From contig DATDXV010000008.1 in NCBI GenBank assembly GCA_035289205.1, forward strand, positions 1-47,223: DNA of 47,223 nt. The letters are read 5' to 3'. This stretch comes from an archaeon. Lineage in GTDB: Archaea; Aenigmatarchaeota; Aenigmatarchaeia; Aenigmatarchaeales; DATDXV01. Each line of letters opens with the position of its first letter. The stretch's first letter is position 1. This document shows positions 41,958 to 47,223 of this stretch, piece by piece. Made by a program: the position numbers and the translations under genes. The notes under the pieces are model-generated. The model was given only the letters and a program-made list of their open reading frames with translations, was not told the origin of the DNA and did not search any database.

Positions 41958-42761
41958 TTGCCGATAAATGCGAGTGCTGAATTCTTCATAGCTCAGGACA
42001 AATATAACAAAGCCAGGACAAGGGAGGAAAGGATTGAAGCTCTGGAGGAGATGATAAGGTTTGCTCCCAGACATAAAGGAGGAGAAGCACTTCGGGCTCA
42101 ACTGAATTCTAGATTAGCAAAGTTAAAGGAGTCGAAGGGAGGAAAGGCTGCCTTCAAGAAAACCTCCATTTCAAAGGAAGGAGATGTTCAGGTTTGCATA
42201 GTAGGCTTGACGCAATCCGGAAAATCTACCCTTCTCTCCGAACTTACCAATGCAAAGCCAAATATATCTGACAGGCCTTTCACAACAACGAAACCGGAGG
42301 TTGGCATAGCAGAATGGGAGGGCGTAAAGTTCCAAGCAATAGAGATTCCTTCCATGTTTCGCAGCATAGACTTTTCCATTATGAGATCTTCTGATATAAT
42401 AATAATTGTTGCAAGAAACAAAGCTGACAAGGAACAGGTTCTGCAGTTGCTGGATGCTAACAGAGTAAAGAAGCCATCAGTTGTCTACGGGGAGGGGAAA
42501 CTTTTTGACAATATCTGGAAGGAACTTAGCCTGATAAGGGTTTATACAAAGGAGCCAGGAAAGACTGTGGAGAAGAGAGCTTTGGTTCTGAAAGACAATG
42601 CTACAGTAAGGGTCGCAGCGGAGAAGATACATAAGGATTTCTTGAAGTTCTTCAAATTCGCGCGTGTGTGGGGGAAGTCTGTTTCACATCGAGGGGAGAA
42701 GGTAGGACTGGGTCACAGACTGGATGATAAGGATGTAGTAGAGTTTCACTTGAGCAGCTAA
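41958..42761 (+). CDS. DRG/Obg-like GTP-binding protein with TGS domain, shortened G domain
   Basis: TTG start. G1 VGLTQSGKSTLL, G2 FTT, and TGS IRVYTKEPGK...FKFARVWGKSV...GEKVGLGHRLDDKDVVEFH. The G3 DxxG position reads IEIPSMF. 267 aa versus about 360 for typical archaeal DRG. Confidence 0.65.
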   Translation: MPINASAEFFIAQDKYNKARTREERIEALEEMIRFAPRHKGGEALRAQLNSRLAKLKESKGGKAAFKKTSISKEGDVQVCIVGLTQSGKSTLLSELTNAKPNISDRPFTTTKPEVGIAEWEGVKFQAIEIPSMFRSIDFSIMRSSDIIIIVARNKADKEQVLQLLDANRVKKPSVVYGEGKLFDNIWKELSLIRVYTKEPGKTVEKRALVLKDNATVRVAAEKIHKDFLKFFKFARVWGKSVSHRGEKVGLGHRLDDKDVVEFHLSS

Positions 42762-43969
42762 ATCTTCGGCTTCTCTATCCTTATTACATCCAGCTCTATG
42801 CATTTGCATTTCTTATTCAAAAGAGAACTTACAGCGGGATTTGTCCTTCCTTCATCACCGCTTACAACCTCTTTCACATAAAGCCCCCCTTCGCATTCCA
42901 GAACCAATTCAAATGTCTTGCTGTTTTTGTATTTCCATTTGACACTCTTGATAGTCCTCCTTCTCACAATGTCCGCCCTTCTATGAGCTACTCTGTTGGG
43001 TGTTCTTTGTTCTATTATTCTCTTGAGGCTTCTTAGAACCGAGAGTTCTTTCTTTGAGATAGGCTTATCGCATCTTACAAGCATTCTGTATGTTTTGTCA
43101 AGTTTCAGCTCCTTGACTCTTTTTACGTAGCTGCTGTCTACAATCCTTAGTCCCTTTACCTTTACCCTCTTATCTTTGTTTATCAGTTTCTCCGCGCTCT
43201 TCAGGTCAATCTTTCTCTTCAGTGGATCCTTTATCTCCAGAACGAATGGTCTGGAGGCTAGACACAATGCATCTTTGTCTTCTCTCCCTCCCCCATGAAA
43301 TGTATGTCCAATTCCATGGGATGCTTTCATTACAGGCTTTGCAATTATCTCCTCTACAGATGTTTTGTGATATCTTCTCCATTTCGCTTGTGGCATATTT
43401 CTTGCAAGCTTGCTGTAATAGCCGAAGATGAACAGCGGGGTTATTTTCAAGCCAACCTTCTTTGCGTCCAGATCGAGGAACATGACAACATCCGGCCTTT
43501 TGAAGTCTGCCCTGATATTGAGCTTTGCTTCAACCAGCTTTCCCACTTCCCTGTTTATTTCGCCCTTTATAGGTTCGCAATACTCTATTCCTGTTCTCTC
43601 CCATAGCTTCTCCTCGTTTTCAAGGATCTTCTTTGGAGGCTTTGTGCCTACAAGAAATGTCGAGAAGTGAATCCCCTTCGCGCTTTTTACCGCCATTTCC
43701 GCAAACTTGTCTAATTTCTCCAGAGCGCCTTCGCATACCCAGCATCCAGATCTCTTTCCCTCCATCTTGATCTTTCTGAACTTGAAATCATGGAAGTTGG
43801 AGGGGTCAACATCAAGCTTCTCGCCTGAATCCAGGGCGAACGCAACAGCGCTCCTAAGCAAAGCGCCGCGCTCTTTGTTTGTGTAGCCAGAGAGGAGTTT
43901 TGAGAACTGGCGTCCTAAACATCTATCGCACACAGGTTTCTCCAGAACCCTTGCAACTTTGTCAAGCAT
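42758..43969 (-). CDS. pus10: tRNA pseudouridine synthase Pus10
   Basis: VCDRCLGRQF, CWVCEG (THUMP/Zn module), RTPNRVAHRRADIVRRR, GGLYVKEVVSGDEGRTNP. The real start is MLDKVARV at 43969. The track ORF extension overlaps the upstream gene. Confidence 0.85.
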   Translation of the reverse strand: MLDKVARVLEKPVCDRCLGRQFSKLLSGYTNKERGALLRSAVAFALDSGEKLDVDPSNFHDFKFRKIKMEGKRSGCWVCEGALEKLDKFAEMAVKSAKGIHFSTFLVGTKPPKKILENEEKLWERTGIEYCEPIKGEINREVGKLVEAKLNIRADFKRPDVVMFLDLDAKKVGLKITPLFIFGYYSKLARNMPQAKWRRYHKTSVEEIIAKPVMKASHGIGHTFHGGGREDKDALCLASRPFVLEIKDPLKRKIDLKSAEKLINKDKRVKVKGLRIVDSSYVKRVKELKLDKTYRMLVRCDKPISKKELSVLRSLKRIIEQRTPNRVAHRRADIVRRRTIKSVKWKYKNSKTFELVLECEGGLYVKEVVSGDEGRTNPAVSSLLNKKCKCIELDVIRIEKPKI

Positions 43970-44004
43970 TAGAAGACTATGCTTATTGTAGTATTTTAAT
44001 GCGC

Positions 44005-45873
44005 CTAAACGCCCATCATGACCCTCATCACAATGAGCGCTAGCGTAAAGAGAATCGTGGCGCCTGCTGTGGACTTTGCTATCTCCATCCCGAGCTGGAC
44101 ACTGTCTGAGCCATAGGCCAGTATTGATATGTATCTTATCAGAACAAACGACAGCCCGATCATGTACACTCCAAGTATAAGCTGAAGGACAGGCGCGGGA
44201 AGATCTGGCTGCTGCACTGGCGTGTTCAATCCAAGCCCTGCCCCCGAGAATGCGCTGCTTGATTCTGTCGTGGAAATCACCCCCTTCACTATAAGCAGGA
44301 ATAAAACAACAACAACCGCCGCCACAACTGGCGCAAATAGCACAGCTGTCAATTTCATCATGGAAAGGTTCCTCTGCAGCATATTCATCATGTTCCGCTC
44401 TATCCTCTTCAGCCTTGTCACATATTTTATCAGGACCGTGCATGTTGCGGCGGTGAATTTGACACCTCTTTTCATTGAGCTTGCAATAAGGGAAAGGACA
44501 GATCTTAACAGTGACGAGCTCTTCTCAAAGGGGCTTTCATCTCCTAGGAGGACGTCATCAAGCGAGAGGTTTCTCCTTCTTATCAGTATGGAGGCCTTCT
44601 CAAAGCTCTCTGACAGGGACTTGTTGGAGCGCATCTTCGCTATTTTCTCAAAGGTCTCCTCCACAGGTTTTCCTTCCATAAGGCCGCTGCGAAGGTAATA
44701 GAGGGCGTCAGGCACGGAGTTCTCCATGTTTGAGATTCTGTCCCTTTCGGATTTCTTGAACCATGTGGTGCCGTAATAATAGATGAATATGGCAGCTCCA
44801 AATCCCCAGATCATCGGCAGCGTGTTCAGCGTTTCCAGTATTATGCTGAATGTCTCGTTGTTTGAGACAAGGACATTGCTCAGGTTGATCAGATAGAAGA
44901 TAGAAGGGATGGAGAGCAGGATCAGCGCTATCAGTGCTGTCGGAATCGCGGGCAGCATCACGCCGTTTGCAAGGTATATGTAACCCGAGGGAACGCTGCT
45001 CTTCACCTCGATCAATGAAAGCGTCGGGGGCCTCTTCCTCAGGACCCTTTGCGAATAAACATATACTGCCGCCAGGGATGCGAAAAGCGCCAGTGCAATG
45101 TGCTGTGTTGACGTCTGGTATCCGAAGAAGCTCATAAGGGGGAAGAGCGACACAATGATCAGGGGTATCATCACTCCGAAGCTGAATATGACAAGCGTAG
45201 GGGTATGTAGGCTGAATGCGTAATCTCTCATCTTGTCCACGAAGTCATTTAATGTGACAGAGACAGCCATGTCAAGCGTCTCGCGCTTTCTCACGGGGTC
45301 TTTCTCATGGAAGCTGGAGAGGATCAGGTATATTGACCTCTTCAGCCCCTCCGACCAGACGCCCCATTTCTCCGCGATCTCCTCCATGGATTTGGATATG
45401 CTAGAGCTCTTGCCAGACCATGTGTCTCTTAGCGCTCCTTTGAAATCATCAGCCAGAGCGCCCTCATTATACTGAGTTACAAACTCAACAGCCCTTTCAA
45501 TATTTGGGTTTTGTTTTAAGATTGTTGACAGCTGCGCAATAAGCTGCGGTGCCGCCCCAAGGGCGGAGACAGCTCTGTCCCTTGCAGCGCTCTTCGGATA
45601 CTCGCCTATCAGGTGGTTTGAAAGAAGCGATACAACAACGCCTATTATTATCAGGAGCATTATGTCCCATCCTATGAAAGCTCCGATCATGACAAAGATC
45701 AGGGATATTATTGTTGCAAGAACTGTTGCTCCCCTGGCAGCCCTCAAAACAGCCTGCGGTTCTATGTCCCACTTCAAGAAGTCAAGGGCTTCGACAAGCT
45801 CCTGGCTTGGCGCTGCCTTTTCTCCCAGGTTGAATCTCTCCAGGAACCTGCAAAGTTTCAGGTAGAAGCCCAT
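44005..45873 (-). CDS. type IV pilus/archaellum-type platform membrane protein (FlaJ/TadC family)
   Basis: 622 aa with many TM segments and two cytoplasmic domains. It lies immediately downstream of the secretion ATPase. Confidence 0.7.
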   Translation of the reverse strand: MGFYLKLCRFLERFNLGEKAAPSQELVEALDFLKWDIEPQAVLRAARGATVLATIISLIFVMIGAFIGWDIMLLIIIGVVVSLLSNHLIGEYPKSAARDRAVSALGAAPQLIAQLSTILKQNPNIERAVEFVTQYNEGALADDFKGALRDTWSGKSSSISKSMEEIAEKWGVWSEGLKRSIYLILSSFHEKDPVRKRETLDMAVSVTLNDFVDKMRDYAFSLHTPTLVIFSFGVMIPLIIVSLFPLMSFFGYQTSTQHIALALFASLAAVYVYSQRVLRKRPPTLSLIEVKSSVPSGYIYLANGVMLPAIPTALIALILLSIPSIFYLINLSNVLVSNNETFSIILETLNTLPMIWGFGAAIFIYYYGTTWFKKSERDRISNMENSVPDALYYLRSGLMEGKPVEETFEKIAKMRSNKSLSESFEKASILIRRRNLSLDDVLLGDESPFEKSSSLLRSVLSLIASSMKRGVKFTAATCTVLIKYVTRLKRIERNMMNMLQRNLSMMKLTAVLFAPVVAAVVVVLFLLIVKGVISTTESSSAFSGAGLGLNTPVQQPDLPAPVLQLILGVYMIGLSFVLIRYISILAYGSDSVQLGMEIAKSTAGATILFTLALIVMRVMMGV

Positions 45874-45877
45874 CCGA

Positions 45878-47223
45878 TCACGATCTGTTCCTTATGCTTT
45901 TCATTGCTTCCGCAAATCTCTTCTCCCCGCTCTTGCCTTTCTGGGACATGGCTTTTGTGAAGATGGAGTTTGCAGATATGATGCTGCTTGCGCCAAGCAG
46001 CTTTGGATTCCTTTTAGCAAGTCTCAGGAGTTCCTTCTTCAGCTTGATCCTGTATTTTATGTTCTTCTTTACCTCGCCTATCGTATAACCTTTAGTCTTT
46101 GCAGCCTTCTTTATAGCCTCTGACCTGGAAAGGTCTCCCATCACAAGCTTGTCTCTTCTCCTGTCGTATTTCATCAGTGTGTAGAATTTTGGCTCGTCCT
46201 TCCAGTCCTTCCTGACCTCTGTTATGTCAAGGACCCTCCTGTTCCTCTTTATAGCATCCCCCTCCCTGATGACCCCTGTGGTAACGATAATGACAGTTGC
46301 CTTGAAGCTTGTGCTCGGGACTCCTAAATCATTTGTGATTCTGTCCCAGACATCATATGGGCTCGATCCATGGATCGTTCCCAATACAACGTTCCCTACT
46401 GCTCCTACCCGCATTGCTTCAAAGAGAGTCTTTGCTTCTTGCCCTCTTACCTCGCCTAGCACAAGTATGCTTTCTCCCAGACGCAGAGAAGTTCTCAAAG
46501 CATCTTCAGCAGAAAGCTCATACCCCTTTGCGAACGCCTCTGTCCTCAAGTGCTCTATCTTGTATCCCATTGTCCTCAGCTGGTCAATGGGAACTTCTGG
46601 CGTGTCTTCTATGATTATTATCCTGTTGTTCTGATTTATCTCCAGAAGAAGGGAGGTCAGCATTGATGTCTTTCCAGATCCTCTCGGGCCCACGATCAGT
46701 ATGGAGCTGTTTCCGTCCAGCAGGAAGCTCAATAGGCCCGCAGCTTCCGCATTAAGCATGTTGAACTTGATGAACTCAGGCAATGTCCATGGCTCGTTCT
46801 TCCTTCTTCTGAACGCGAATCCTATTCCGCTGTATGTTGCAGGCTCAGCTATCGCAGCTATTCTGACGCCCAGGTCTTCTAGCTCAGTGTGAAGGACGGG
46901 GCTTGACGCGTCAAAGGGCCTTCCGGAAAGCGTTCTGATTCTTGTGGAGAGCCTTTCTATATCCTCCTTGCTCATGAAGATATTCGTGATGCATTCCCCG
47001 AACCTGCTGTGGACAACGTGCACAAGCTTGGATCCGGAGTCAACATAGATATCCTGCAGCTCCTCATCCTGCAATAGCGGTTCTATTATGCCGTATCCTA
47101 TTGTATGCCTTGTCAATACGCTTGCGAGCCGCTGCTTGTTCTTGTTGCCCTTGAGCAGCTCATTGATTGCCTGGTTTATCTCATTTCTTATCTCCATATG
47201 CGAGGTCCTGCTGAGATCTGTCT
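45878..47223 (-). CDS. type II/IV secretion system ATPase (FlaI/PilB-like); the 5' end probably lies beyond the window
   Basis: Walker A GPRGSGKTS, Walker B IIIIEDTPE, His box GTIHG. The frame stays open upstream of the Met at 47197 to the window edge. Confidence 0.8.
   Translation of the reverse strand, partial: TDLSRTSHMEIRNEINQAINELLKGNKNKQRLASVLTRHTIGYGIIEPLLQDEELQDIYVDSGSKLVHVVHSRFGECITNIFMSKEDIERLSTRIRTLSGRPFDASSPVLHTELEDLGVRIAAIAEPATYSGIGFAFRRRKNEPWTLPEFIKFNMLNAEAAGLLSFLLDGNSSILIVGPRGSGKTSMLTSLLLEINQNNRIIIIEDTPEVPIDQLRTMGYKIEHLRTEAFAKGYELSAEDALRTSLRLGESILVLGEVRGQEAKTLFEAMRVGAVGNVVLGTIHGSSPYDVWDRITNDLGVPSTSFKATVIIVTTGVIREGDAIKRNRRVLDITEVRKDWKDEPKFYTLMKYDRRRDKLVMGDLSRSEAIKKAAKTKGYTIGEVKKNIKYRIKLKKELLRLAKRNPKLLGASSIISANSIFTKAMSQKGKSGEKRFAEAMKSIRNRS

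Noticed and set aside
43970-44443. 5' extension of the Pus10 ORF (track 42758..44443), Cys/Asp/His-rich
   Set aside because: It lies entirely inside the FlaJ-like gene in another frame. Pus10 homology begins at MLDKVARVLEKPVCDRC (43969).
1-47223. CRISPR arrays, IS elements, integrases, prophage genes, 16S/23S rRNA
   Set aside because: No regularly spaced direct repeats, transposase or integrase motifs, or large rRNA signatures were seen on either strand.

Overview
Archaeal chromosomal segment with about 60 genes, mostly on the minus strand. TTTAAA-type TATA boxes sit about 26 nt upstream of mostly leaderless starts. Informational genes: aIF2-gamma, aIF5B, eS6, eS26, Rpo4, Rpo11, TFS, KsgA, Trm1, Pus10, Dph2. 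Isoprenoid and ether-lipid genes: type-1 IDI, GGPP synthase, GGGP synthase. Also present: PEP synthase, a type IV pilus-like ATPase/platform pair, a LamG-tipped pilin, two large surface proteins and many small orphans. The gene content suggests an uncultivated small-genome (DPANN-like) archaeon, but the lineage cannot be resolved from this window.

The stand-out signal is RNA splicing. Every stable RNA gene I can find carries bulge-helix-bulge (BHB) introns: tRNA-Met(CAT) has 1, tRNA-Lys(TTT) 1, tRNA-Tyr(GTA) 2 and tRNA-Asp(GTC) apparently 4. A 5S rRNA gene hidden under the N-terminal extension of a track ORF carries a canonical 32-nt BHB intron in loop C. The essential aIF2-gamma gene is interrupted inside its P-loop by a 30-nt, stop-containing BHB element, and its predicted excision restores GHVDHGKS in frame. 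A free-standing LAGLIDADG endonuclease gene sits next to the 4-intron tRNA.

Secondary observations: Hef is split into separate helicase and nuclease genes by a GC-richer opposite-strand cassette (membrane protein, Zn-ribbon protein, and a structured RNA leader with two cUUCGg hairpins). There is a three-gene orphan cassette with a shared C-terminal motif, a truncated DRG-like GTPase, and a GGGP synthase with a Lys/Glu-rich tail. No CRISPR array, IS element or prophage was seen.
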